DNA of 45,799 nt from Jimgerdemannia flammicorona (Eukaryota): the NCBI GenBank assembly GCA_003990765.1, contig RBNJ01000059.1:1-45799 (forward strand), written 5' to 3'. The notes beneath the pieces are model-generated. The model was not told where the DNA came from and searched no databases. It saw only the letters and a list, made by a program, of their open reading frames with translations. The position numbers and the translations under genes were made by a program. Positions 32,592 to 44,808 of the stretch are shown one piece after another. Numbering within the stretch: the stretch's first letter is position 1; the number at the start of each line of letters is the position of its first letter.

Positions 32592-35500
32592 CTTTTCAGC
32601 TCACAAGAACCCACAGTCAAACTGGATACATCAGATACAACACCAATCTCTGCCACTACAGGAGAACCAGTCATCACTAGTATTTGGACAGGAAGAGAAG
32701 TAATTACCTCAAGACTTGCCAACTATCCAGCATCAGAAGGATCCCAACCAGAAGTAGGAGGCAGTACAGCCCGAAATCCCCAACCAGATCAACCAGATCA
32801 ACCAGACAATATAGACAGCCCTGCTAGAGTTTTTGGAGAACTTGCACAAGAACTAGACGAACTTATTACCCAGACCCAACATCTTACAGCCAGACAGCAT
32901 ACACCAGCTCTGCCAATCTCACCAATAGAACCCCTACCACAACCTTTTGCAGAACCAGAAGTAGCTCCCACAAGGATACCTAGGTTTACTTCACCTCACC
33001 TAAGGACCAGAACACCATCTTCAAGATACCCAAGCACCCCTATCTCTAGTGACAGTTCAGAAAGCGAATCAGAATCAGAATCCGAACCTGAACCAGAATC
33101 AGAAGAAAGTGATGAAGAAATGGCCACCTCATTGCCAATTTTTGCAGGATACCCAGAGGAAGACCCCAGAGAATTCCTTGATGGAATCGAAGGAATTGCA
33201 GCCCTGAGGAATCTTTCAGACGAAAGAAAGATTGCCATCTACAAAGCTCTGCTCAGAGAACCAGCCAGAGGGATTTTCCATCGAACAGCAAACAACCCAG
33301 ATTCGGAACTAGCAAGACAGATATAAGCAGCAACCTCCTACGAGCTAGAATATCAGGCCATGGTCTACTGGCTTATAGAAAAGTATGCAGGAAATGAAAC
33401 CCGCCACAAGGCTCAGAAATCCATCATGGGAATGAAGATGAATCTTGGAGAATCACTCAGAGCCTTCTTCACAAGAATCCAGAAGAGAATGCACTCTGCC
33501 AGGTTCAATGCCACCAACCAGGATATCATAGGTCCAATGACCTTCATGAATGGGATTCCTCCGAATATTGCCCAGCATGTCCGCACCCTAGGCATCAGAA
33601 GGTCTGAAGAACAAGTAGATGCAGCCCAAGGATTCTTTGATATCAGGCAAGGAACTACCTAGAATGACCATGACAAGAAGGAAGATAAAGAAGATATTCT
33701 GGTCAAAGCCCTGCAAGGACTCCTTTAAGGACAAGAAAGGTCTGAAGAAAGAAGGCCAGCCAAGGAAGGAAAGAAGAACAGAAGCGAAATTCAAGATCTC
33801 AGCTCCAAGTTGGACCGATTGGTTGGACAGATTGAAAAACTCACCACATATGAAAATCGGGACTACCAAAACAACAGAGAATACCCACCACAGAGGAGCC
33901 AAGGTTATCCACCCAGAGACAACAGGAATTACCAGCAAGAAGAAAGAAGGTACCCTGCCCGAGACAGAGCCCGAGTCCAATGCTTCCACTGCGGACAATT
34001 CGGACACTATGCCACTGAATGTGACAATAAAAGAAGTGACCAAAGGGACTCAGAACCACCGAACCGAAGGAATGACACCCAGTACAAGAAGACTGAAGCC
34101 CATCCTGTTGAAGATTTCGAGGAAGCAAGCAACAGTGAAGACTACAGTGACCTAGACTTGTATCCTACAAAGGTTACTACCCGAAAGACAGTCTACCCAG
34201 CAGAAAAAAGAAAGAGACCTGTGGGAAGACCATCCAGGAACATCAGCAGAAGAATTATTCAAGAGGAAGATGAGGAACATGAGGAGGAACAAGTTGAAAC
34301 ACTCCCTCGAACTCCCTTACCTTTTGTGCCTGAGATAAACAAGTTACCACTAGAAGATGAAGAAATGGAACAAGAAGAACAGGAACCTGTTGCTCCAAAG
34401 CCTAAAAAGAAGTACACCCCGAAGACCATGCCTAGAGATATTTACAATGAAGCCTGGCAGAAGATTCAAGAAGCCAAGATGGAAGTTCCTCTCCTGCAGT
34501 TCTTGCAATTAACACTAGCTGGAGTTCGAAACAAATTGCTGAGAACCACCAGGTCTAGCACTGGCCGAGTTCCAATCCCACAGCAAGAACCAGCCTCTAT
34601 CTCTGTCCAAGCAGCTGAAAGACATGTCAGCACCTACCTACATGGAGACATTGGAGAACAAAAAGCAAAAATCCTCATAGACACAGGAGCAGCTGTCTGT
34701 GTCATTGCCAAACAATTCTTGGACACCCTCCAATGGCCCATTGATGGACCATCCAACCTCAGCATCATAGTAGCAGATGGAGCCTGAACTCAACCTCTTG
34801 GAGAAGTATGAAATATCACTATCTCCCTTGGACACATTCAGTTCTCCATTCCCAAAGCTGTTGTCACCAAAGCTGTTACCTATGACATGATTCTTGGCAC
34901 CAACTGGATGAAGGAAATGAATGCAGTTGTTGATATTGGCCAACAAGTACTCAAGTTTGCCTACCGAGGCAAGAAGTATAGAGTTAAGGTGACCAGCTAC
35001 GAGCAACCAAAGAAGAAGAAGAAGGTCACTATCCAAGAAGAATATGCCAGCAGTGAGGAGTCTACTACAGAAGAGGAAGAAGAATCCGAAGATGGAAATG
35101 ATCCCAGACTCAATCCACGAATTAACCTGGTGGATGACAGACCAGAAGACAATGTGTGGGCTAAAAACACCATCCCCATCACTATTGGAGCCATTGCAGG
35201 AGAAGCCAAAGGATGCCCCACATGCCTCAAGAGACACAAGTGTCCCGAGCACTCCTCCAAGATCATGGGAACAAGGAAATCACCTGGTACAGCCTGCCCA
35301 GAATGTAGAAGAAAGAAGAAGAAATGCAGACATGTTTCAGAAACACCTGCAACTGAAGCCACAGAAGTACAAGCAATTTGGGGTCAAGAATCATCTGAGG
35401 AAGAAGAAACTCCTGACCAAGAAGTTCCCGAACAAGAAGCACCTAATGAAGAAGAAGTCCCCAAACTCATCCCTTGGGATGACCCCCGCTGGACACCACC

Positions 35501-38500
35501 TGAAGACAATGACCCCTGGAATACAGAGGAAGGACCCAGTACTACCACCATTATCCCCAAGAAAGAAATCCACCAAGTGAAAGCTTTTTGGCTAGGAAGA
35601 TGTCCACATCAAATGGTCTTCCACTCTCCCTGAGACTACTGCTATCAGTGTCATCTGTTGGATCAACAAGAAAGACAGAGACCTCAGAGACCAGAACCCC
35701 CAACTACTCTTGCACAGTCTATCACCTTCCAAGAAGTCACCACAAGGCTGCAAAGTCGATTTAGGGGACAAGGCTTCTTCACCCAAATGGAAATATACCC
35801 CTTATCTACCCTTCCCCCAATCTATGATCAAGATGGGTACTAATTTCCAAGACAATAGGAGATAAACAGCCGGGAACACCATTTCCAGGCAATGGGATAT
35901 TGCAACCATGGAAGACACCCTGATTGCCGAGACTGCAGATATCAGAAGATTCACCTCAGTCATGATGTTGCAGTGTACACCTTGAAGAAAGGAGATAACC
36001 GAAGCCAGATCCAAAAAAGCCAGATTCGAAAAAACCAGACCAAGAAGCCTGGAAAAAGAATCCTTAAGATCTATGATTTGGGAGAAGATATCCTAGCTCT
36101 TATCAGACATGCAACCCACCAAGAATGGGCAGAAGATGCTACCAACTTCATGGAAGCCCTTGATCCTACAGGAAGAAGGGGGATCAATTACCTCCGAGAC
36201 CCCTCTACTGGAGCCAGATGGCCACACCTCAACCTTAGAGCTTGGAGGCTTTCCGCCAGTAGAGCTTCAGCCTTAGGGAAGCCCAAACTCAGTGAGGATA
36301 TTGCCCAGTATACTCTGCTGCACCCCAAGGCCAAACCTCCAACCAAAGCCCACCCAGAGGATGTAGGATATGATCTTCACTGTCTAGAGGAAGAATCCAT
36401 CAAGCCTGGAAAAACTTTCATGGTCAGAACCGGATTAGCCATGCAGCCACCTCAAGGAGCTTATATTCAATTGACCTCAAGGTCTGGACTTGCCAGACAA
36501 GGGATAACTGTAGAAGGAGGAACCATTGACCCTGGATATACAGGTGAAATCAAGGTCATCCTACACAACAGCAGTACAGAATGGCACCAAATCATTAGAG
36601 GACAGAAGATTGCTCAAGCAGTCTTCATGAAGGTCAAGACCCCACAGTTACAGGAAGTCTTGGAACTAACTGAAGAAACAAGGCAAGCCAAAGGATTTGG
36701 AAGTTCAGACAGAAAAGAGGTACATCTCCTTCAAGTTAACCACCTCAAGAAGAATGTTCCCCAGCAAGTATACCGGCAACCAGTCAGACTACACAAGAAT
36801 CTCATCCTGGAACCTGGAGAACAAACCACCTTCGAAATATTTGCACCACCCGACCCCAGGAACCTTTTCTTTGAACCCAAGGAAGATATCCCACACTTGG
36901 ACATAGAGGGACACACATTCCCTGACAAGATGAACCCAGTACACTCTTGAGGAACCAACCAAAGTTGGGAAACCATCATCCTGCCAAAAGGAACCATCAT
37001 AGGACATCTGGTGCCTTTTCTCAACCAAACTTATAGGGAAGTTTATGAACTAAACCTATCGGGAAATGGCAAAAGGTCCCAGAAGAAAGGAAAGGCCCCT
37101 CTGCGACCCAGGAGACAGTGAAGCCTTCCACCAACATTGGAGAAGAATTGACACCTCAACAACAGCAATAACTAGTAGAACTTCTCAACAAATATCAAGA
37201 TATCTTTACTACTGATTATGGCAACCTGCCATACAACCCATCATATCACCACAGCATAAATACGGGAAGTGCAACACCCATCCAGCAGAAACCCTATAGA
37301 ATACCCCATCACTTGAAAACATTCGAAAAGGAGCACATTCAAGAACTCTTAGACAATGGAGTCATCCGACCCTCTACCAGCCCATGGGCCAGCCCTATAC
37401 TTATTGTACCAAAGAAAGGAGGATGGAGACTCTACGTAGATTACAGGAAACTCAACTCAGTCACTGAAAAGAATGCTTATCCTTTGCCCAGAATCGATGA
37501 CCTTCTGGACCAGTTACAAGATGCCAGATATTTCAGCAGTATGGACCTCTTCGCAGGATTCCATGAGATCCCCATGGACCCCAAGGACATTCAAAAGACA
37601 GCCTTCCTTGCTCTAGGAAAACTGTTCGAATATCTCTGAATGCCCTTTGGACTTTGCAATGCACCCCCCACCTTCCAGAGGATGATGAATTCAGTCTATG
37701 CCCCCTTGATCCACCACTGTCTGATTGTATACATGGATGATTCTAACATCTATTCAGCAAATTTTGAAGAACACCTGCACCACCTAGAGGAATTCTTCAA
37801 GCTCACCCGCAAGAATCATTTGAGACTAAATGCAAAGAAATGCTATTTTGGAAAACAGAAACTCGAATTCCTTGGATTTGTGTTCTCAAAGGAAGGAACT
37901 CATGCAGACCCAAAGAAAACCGAGAAGATCAACAATTGGCCAGTACCCAAAACTCCAAAAGAAACACTATCATTCTTGATGCTAGTATCCTACTATAGAA
38001 GGTTCATCAAGGATTTTGCTCAAATCGCTGCCCCAATCCGAATCCTTCTCAAGAAAGGAGTACCATTCAAATAGATAGAATCCCAGGAAAAAGCCTTCAG
38101 AGAGCTCAAAAACCGCATGACTACAGCACCAATCCTTGTGCGCCCCAATTTACAGAAGCCATTCATCTTGTACACAGATGCTTCCAAAGATGGCCTGGGA
38201 GCAGTTCTAGCCCAAGAAGGACCTGACCAACAGCACCATGTGATAGCTTATGCAAGCAGAGCTATTAATCAGCAACAGATGAACTATGGTAGCACCAAAC
38301 TGGAATACCTTGCAGTCATATGGGCAGTCACCCTGTTCAAGCATTACCTCATCGGAAAAAGGTTCACCCTGATCACAGACCATGCAGCCCTCAAATGGCT
38401 ATTCAACTGCAAGAAACTGGCCGGAATCCTAGCCCACTGGATCCTTATCCTTCAGGATTACAAAATCACCATCATTCACAAAGCAGGGAAAGCCCACAAC

Positions 38501-38533
38501 AATGTTGATATACTTTCCCGCCAGCCCCAATGA
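32592..38533 (+). pseudogene. gag-pol of D (Pro/acidic N-terminal extension, gag, protease, Cys/His insert, dUTPase, RT, RNase H)
   Basis: Frame open from 32592 into ATG 33120; CFHCGQFGHYATEC; LIDTGAA; YMDD (~37730); FILYTDAS; ends DILSRQPQ* at 38531-38533; scattered transition stops and a frameshift near 37100. Confidence 0.95.
36315..36710 (+). pseudogene. dut: dUTPase domain of D (motifs intact)
   Basis: DVGYDL...SRSGLARQGITVEGGTIDPGYTGEIKV...KIAQAV...RQAKGFGSS. Confidence 0.95.
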
Positions 38534-39597
38534 ATCGGATGAAGGGTGTTCCGAGGAACCACACTCCAAAGGAAGCTCCTCAGACTATCAAAGCACAAGA
38601 AGATCTTATCCGAAAAGAACATCAGAAAGCCCACCAAGGACAGACCAGTATAGAAGACAGGATTCGAAAGCAATATCAACATTGGCCCCACCTCAGAACT
38701 CAAGTTTGGGACATCATTCAGAAATGTGACACCTACCAGAAGCACCAAGGAAGAAAGAACTATCAAGCCCCTCTGCAACCGATTCCCCCACCCACTCACA
38801 TCTTTCAAAGATGGGGAGTAGATGTAATTGGACCTCTACCAGTTACATCAAGAAGAAACAAATACATCCTAGTATTTGTAGAACATCTGACCAAGTGGCC
38901 TGAGGCTTTCCCAATGGAAATCGCAGATACCTTAACCATTGTAGGCCTCCTCCATGGACTCACACTTAGATATGGACCTCCAGAAGAACTCATCTCCGAC
39001 CGAGGCACAGAATTCATCAACAACATAATCACAAATTATGCCCGAATTCACAAGATCCACCTCAAGAGGACCACATCATACCACCCCCAGACCAATGGCA
39101 TGACAGAAAGAATGAACCAGACCATCAAGAAAGGACTTGCCTGAGTCAATCCTACCAATTGGGACCTCTACTTACCTGAGATCCTATGGGAGATTTGGAA
39201 CACCCCTGCTGCATCCACCAAACAAAAGCCATTCAAAATGATGTTTGCCAAGAAAACCAGAACTGTTGATCATGAGAATCTCGGAGACCTCCTCAAGAAG
39301 GCAGAACAGTTACAAAATCAAGCTCAAGGACAGATTATCAAAGCCCAGGAAAGACAAAAGAAGTATTATAACCAAAAACAGAAGGATCAGGAGATCAAGA
39401 TTGGAGATTAAGTCCTAGTTTGGAGAAGCATGATTGAGACAAACTTTGCCGCCAAACTAGAACCGAAATGGGAAGGACCTTATCTCATACATAACATCAG
39501 AGGAACTAGCATTTATTTAAGGAGTATAGATGGATGAACCCTGAGAACACCAGTATACATCAATTGTCTCAAAGTATATTTCCCCTCTACACCATGA
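38530..39597 (+). pseudogene. Integrase of D as a separate ORF
   Basis: ATG 38530; HQKAHQG...CDT(C)Q; WGVDVIGPLP; SDRGTEF; YHPQTNGMTERMN; WEGPY; terminal TGA 39595-39597. Confidence 0.92.
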
Positions 39598-40103
39598 GCC
39601 AAAGAATTGACCAGCGCCTCCAGACATTGGTCCTCAGCTCCTTTCAAGCCCTACCAGTCCCTCTACCCCAATTCGGTCAAGTCAATGGAAACCCCCTTCA
39701 AAGGATCCAAGCTCACCAAGAAAATCTCATTCTGGCCAGACGCCTACTACAAGTCCACCAACTGCAGGCCTATTATGCAATTGGTGAACAATTGCAGAAC
39801 CTCCCAGCCCCAGAACAGACCTACATCAGGAACACCACAGGTCTGACCAGAAGAGACACTACTGCTATAGACAGACTATACACCAAACGAAATGTCACAG
39901 CCCTGATACAAGCACAATTCTCCCTGAATGACATTCAAGGAATGAACCCTGTCACCTATCTGAGTATCATCAACTCTGTTGAAATCCTATTCCCTGAAGA
40001 AGAAGAAGAGCCCATAGAATGGAGTGACTCCAGTACAGATAATGAAGATGATGGAACAGGTATAGATGCGGAAGCAGCCTATGCTTATTGGGATGATGAC
40101 TGA
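39594..40103 (+). CDS. ORF3 accessory protein of D, intact (169 aa from ATG 39594), acidic tail, unknown function
   Basis: Uninterrupted ORF between integrase and PPT; QVHQLQAYYAIGEQL core; ATG overlaps the integrase TGA. Confidence 0.75.
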   Translation: MSQRIDQRLQTLVLSSFQALPVPLPQFGQVNGNPLQRIQAHQENLILARRLLQVHQLQAYYAIGEQLQNLPAPEQTYIRNTTGLTRRDTTAIDRLYTKRNVTALIQAQFSLNDIQGMNPVTYLSIINSVEILFPEEEEEPIEWSDSSTDNEDDGTGIDAEAAYAYWDDD

Positions 40104-40142
40104 AGAATAGTCTGGGACAGACTACCCTTCAGTGGGGGCTGA

Positions 40143-41391
40143 TGTGACAAGCCAAGATGTATCACCCGAATCATATCTTAACCAGATGACGCGAACAAGA
40201 TGATGTGAACACTCAGCTTAGTAACTAGCAACCATTGCTGTGGAAACTGTATAAATAGCCAGACATACCAGAAAGGGTCTGTTTACCTGTACAGACTCTG
40301 TACACCATACAGACTCTGTACACCGTACAGACTCTATATACCTGCCATAAGTAGCAAGTCTATAGTTAGCCACATAGTAACTAGATAGCAACTAACTTGT
40401 ATAAATTACCCCAGTGGCGAGAGTGAATAAAACCTCAGTCCGAAATACAAACACCAAAGAAGTCTCTAAAGATTGAGCATTGGTCCCCTTTCCACTCCGG
40501 TCCACTTTCCGATACAAAGCTTGAAGATTTGCTGCCTAAGTTCAAGGAAGAACTTTGCCGCCTTTGGAATTATTGTTATTGGTTCGCTTGCCAGATAAGC
40601 CTGAAGATTTCTGCCACCTTTCTTGCCACAAGCCAGTCTTTCTGACGCAACTTCGCAGTGGAGCCAGTCTATGACGTAACCCCGTGCAAACGAAGCCAGT
40701 CTTTGACGTAACTTGCCAAGAATCCGAGTTATTCGCCATTTCTAAGTTATTCACCATATTCTCAGTTAAGCTGCCATTTTCAAGAAGCCTGCCAAATCTG
40801 CACCATCTGCCGTTTTCGAGTTATCTGCATTCCCAGAAAACCCACGCCATCCGAGTAGTATTCCCAATTGAAGCTGAATCCGCACTGTCCGAGTTATTCA
40901 TCATTCCCAGTGAGTCCGAGTTATCAAGTTATCTGCCACCCGAGATAATTCCCAGTGAGCCCGGTATAGAAGAATCCATGCCATATGATTCCCAGTGAGC
41001 CAAATTGAGTTATCCGCCAAATTATCAGAACGTCCTGCATAAGGAAACTACCGCGCTACACAGAGATCGTCATGCAGAAATCGCATAAGGAGAACTGCTA
41101 GATTGCCAGACTGTCATACCCAGAGATCGCATACTTTCGGAGATCGTCATGCTACACAAATTGTACCATTCCCAGTTGACCCAAGAAGGAAGTCTATTCA
41201 CATACAAATCACCACTATACCCAGAGAACTGTCCCAAAAAGGAAACCACTCACACAGTATCCAGATCTTGACTATTATACCGCTAAACACCATGAACATT
41301 TTGTTGCTTTTAACAAAGTAACTGGGGGCTCAAGCCAAACTACATCAACCCCCAACCTTATAATTTGCCTCCATTGAGCTGGCACGTTACA
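40143..41391 (+). repeat. Element D 3' LTR (1249 bp; 18-bp unit triplicated at 40289-40342)
   Basis: Direct repeat of the 5' LTR; the 39-bp length difference is two extra 18-bp units plus a 3-bp indel. Confidence 0.97.
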
Positions 41392-41395
41392 CTAC

Positions 41396-41854
41396 TTATA
41401 TAGATTTTAGAGCCTGTATATCTTGCTGAAATATCTAAGAAATATATATTTACTAGCTTTTAGCTCAAACTTATATTAATTGATATTATTTTTATTGAGA
41501 ATATATATATCATATCTGAATATATAGATGAAATATATCTAGCTTAGTTTTACTCTATAATTTCTTAAAAGTAAGATCATTATCTCTAGATTACTGATTA
41601 TTATTATTATTATATTTCTTACTAAGAGTCTGAGAAATATACTAATTATAGATATATACCACTAGAGTATATAGAGCTATTGACTGATAATATATATTGT
41701 ATTTTCTTAAAAACTACTTGAATATATTATTGATATATTTATATCTATTATTTGAGTATATAGTATATATTCTACATCTTATTTAGTTCTTTACAATTAC
41801 TTTGAATTCTTTGAATTTTTTCAAGACCTTACTTTTGACTAATAAGAAATATAT
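41396..41854 (-). pseudogene. Ty1/Copia integrase relic (core and C-terminal part)
   Basis: FLLVKSKVLKKFKEFK..V.N....I..I.SNN..KYIN..F..FL....I..Q...LYT and KFE.KA.K.IFL.Y motifs. Confidence 0.8.
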
Positions 41855-42527
41855 TATAATATAGTGAGTACAGATCTTAGTAAGTTGGTAGGATTCTGGA
41901 TTTTGTATAAAGGAAGGGGGAAGGATATATAACTGAGCTGAACTGACTCTACTGACTGAGGTTTATTCACTCTAAAATACTGAGTTATTTATATAAATTT
42001 GTATACTAATTCTACTACTAAATATGTAGCTAGGTATTAAGTTTTTTTATGTAAAATTCCCAGTAGAATTCTATTTATATCTCAGATAAAATCTCATATA
42101 AAATTTTATTTAAAATTTATAAAAGTAATAGTTTTACTGATAATATTTTAAATATAGTATCTATAGTAAAGATAATTTCTATATTATAATAAATTAGGAA
42201 ATCAGATTTAGATACTATAATCAAATGTCTATTTCTCTGATTCTTATTTCTATTTTATACTATATATCACATTTTTCTCTTGAATAAGTTATTTTTGATA
42301 TAAAAATACTTATTCAAATTTCTACATTATAATATTTATATATTTGTTCTCCCTATATAGACTTGTTTATAATATTATATCCAAGTAGTTGTTGGAATGT
42401 TTTTTGAGATCTCAATAAAGTCTTTAAATAATTAATTTAGACAGTATACATATAGTATATATATATATTATCAAAAGTTATATAATGATAGTTCCATTAA
42501 TAACTTCTTCCAAAAGTTGGATGATGG

Positions 42528-42830
42528 TAAATTATATATTATAGAACAGCTTCTAGGCTTGTAAATCATATATTGCAGAATGGTTTCCTGGCTTATAAAT
42601 CATATATTATAAGATGGCTTCCAAGCTCATAAATCATATATCACAGAATGACTTCCAGACTTATAAATTGTATATTACAGAACAGCTTTTAGACTTATTG
42701 AGTGCAGACTTCAGAATGAGTTATATCTTTAAAAGTTGGGTAGTGGTAAATCATATATTGCATGATGACTTCTAAGCTCATAAATTGTATATTATGAGAT
42801 AGTTTTCAGACTTATTGAGTATAGACTTTT
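42528..42830. repeat. 34-bp tandem array (5 units, spacer, 2 units)
   Basis: TAAATCATATATT.CAGAA.GG.TTCC.GGCTTA-like units starting at ~42528, 42562, 42596, 42630, 42664, then ~42747 and 42781. Confidence 0.8.
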
Positions 42831-43195
42831 GGGTGGATTATATCTTCAAAAGTGGCAGATAATAGTAGTCTATTCATATATTAGATAGGTGGTTTATTTA
42901 TGATAGGTAGTATTCATATATTGTTAAAAGTTGAGCAGCATTCATATAATAAGCAAGTAGTTTGTTTATAACAGATAGCATTTATATGTTATCAAAAGTC
43001 AGACAATGGTATTCTTTACTTAGACAGTTTATATATAATGTCTTTTAATTCTCTATAGCAGTCTATTTATATATTATCTCAGACAGTTCATATATAATAT
43101 CTTCAATAAAGTAGTGGTTTGTTTGTAATAGGCAGTATTTATATCTTTTATTCTCCATAGTGGTCTTTCACATAGTAGTTTGTTTAGTTTTTTGA

Positions 43196-44140
43196 TAATT
43201 AATTCTTATAATATTATCTCTTGAACTAAAGAGTGACCTGGCTATTAAGTCAATGATGTAGTTCTTTATAGAGCATCTATTGTTCAATACTAATAGTTTA
43301 TATCTTCTATTCTCTATAGCAGTTCTTTGTATAGTGGTTTATTTGGTATTTTAGCAATTAATTCTTATAATGTTATCTCTTGAACTGAAGAGTAACTCAG
43401 CTATTAACTCAATAATGTGATCCTTTACAGAGTATCTATTATTCAATATTGATAGTTTATAGAAATGAGGCTGATAACTGGAACAACTAATTAATAGTAG
43501 ATGGTACAGATAAATAATATCTTCAAAAATCAGATAGTAGTCCATATAATAGTTTATTCATCTTTTAAAATCAGGTGGCAGTGGCAGTCTATATAGTAGT
43601 TATTTATTATAGTTCATTTGGCTTTTTTTTTTTTTTTTAGTAATTAATTCTTATAATATTATCTCTTAAACTAAAGAGTGACCTGACTATTAACTTAATG
43701 ATGTGGTCTTTTGCAGAGTATCTATTATTCAATACTAATGGTTTATAGAAACAAGGCTGATAACTAGAACAACTAATTAACAGCTGATGGTACAGATAAA
43801 CTATATCTTCAAAAATCAGATAGTGGTCTATATAATAGTTTATTCATCTTTTTTAAAATTGGGTGGCAGTTGTGATTTATATAGTAGTTATTCATTATAA
43901 TTTATTTGGCATTTTTGATAATTAATTCTTATAATATTGTCTCTCAAACTAAGAAGTAACCTGGCTATTATGTAACTCAATGATGTGGTCTTTATAGAGT
44001 ATTTATTATTCAATACTAATAGTTTACAGAAATGAGACTAATAACTAGAACAACTAATTAATAGCAGATAGTGTAGACAAATACTATCATGATGTGATGG
44101 TCTGTATAATAGTCTATATATCTTCAAAATTGGATAGTGG
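43196..44140. repeat. ~280-bp tandem repeat (one short and three near-full units)
   Basis: AATTAATTCTTATAAT.TT.TCTCT...ACT.AAGAGT.AC recurs at ~43197, 43356, 43641 and 43920. Confidence 0.85.
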
Positions 44141-44619
44141 TAGTTGTTCATTTTTTCACTTAATAGTGAGAATTTATCTTGAATTACTAGCTAATGAATA
44201 CTAAGTTATAATATAGTAGATATAGATCTTAGTAAGTTGATAGGATTCTAGATTTTATATGAAAGGGAGAGAAGGATATGTAAAGAAGACTTTTTTGACT
44301 GAGCTAAACTAACTCTACTGACTGAGGTTTATTTACTCTAAAATACTAGATTATTTATACAGATTTGTATACTAATTCTGCTACTAAATATGTAGTTAAG
44401 TATTAAGTCTTTTTATGTAAAATTCCCAGTAGAATTCTATTTATATCTCAGATAAAATCTCATGTGAAATTCTATCTAAAATTCATAAAAGTAACAGTTT
44501 CACTGAATAGTAAAGGTAATTTCTACACTATAATAAATCAGGAAATCAAATTTAAGTACTATAATTAAATATCTATTCTCTTGATTCTTGTTTCTATTTT
44601 ATACTATATATATATTATA

Positions 44620-44808
44620 ATATATATACTTTATATATATAATCATTAATGAATAAAATAAAATATCTATTTTTAGAGAATGATAGTATATGTATAGAAC
44701 TATATATAAAATCTATGATCTCTGAGATATATTTCAAATAGTTACTAAGATGCTTTGTTTTTTATATAATTCTTTAGAATATATTACTGGTAATTTTTTT
44801 ATATATAG
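44620..44808 (-). pseudogene. Ty1/Copia integrase relic (first catalytic Asp region)
   Basis: ...SFS.NRYFILFI(D)DY..KV.IY joins FLLVKS at 41850 across element G. Confidence 0.7.

Larger units (their letters stand above)
31343..41391 (+). mobile_element. Element D: full-length, relatively young Ty3/Gypsy (gag-PR-Cys/His insert-dUTPase-RT-RH / IN / ORF3)
   Basis: LTRs 31343-32552 and 40143-41391 (TGTGAC...GTTACA), 4-bp TSD CTAC, tRNA-Pro-like PBS, PPT AGTGGGGG. Confidence 0.97.
41855..44619 (-). mobile_element. Element G: non-autonomous LTR element of the B/C family with a tandem-repeat interior
   Basis: LTRs 41855-42271 and 44207-44619, ATAT on both flanks, decayed PBS/leader at 44140-44206 matching B, PPT TTCAAGAGAAAAA; no gag/pol recognisable inside. 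Confidence 0.85.

Noticed and set aside
33324-39144. In-frame TGA/TAA/TAG codons as programmed readthrough or an alternative genetic code
   Set aside because: They fall where Arg (CGA), Gln (CAA/CAG) or Trp (TGG) is expected and differ between homologous copies, which fits transition decay.
39534-40103. ORF3 as a retroviral env gene
   Set aside because: Too short, with no signal peptide, fusion peptide, furin site or transmembrane anchor visible.
42528-42830. 34-bp repeats as a CRISPR array
   Set aside because: Units are head-to-tail without unique spacers, no cas genes are present and the context is a eukaryotic LTR element.
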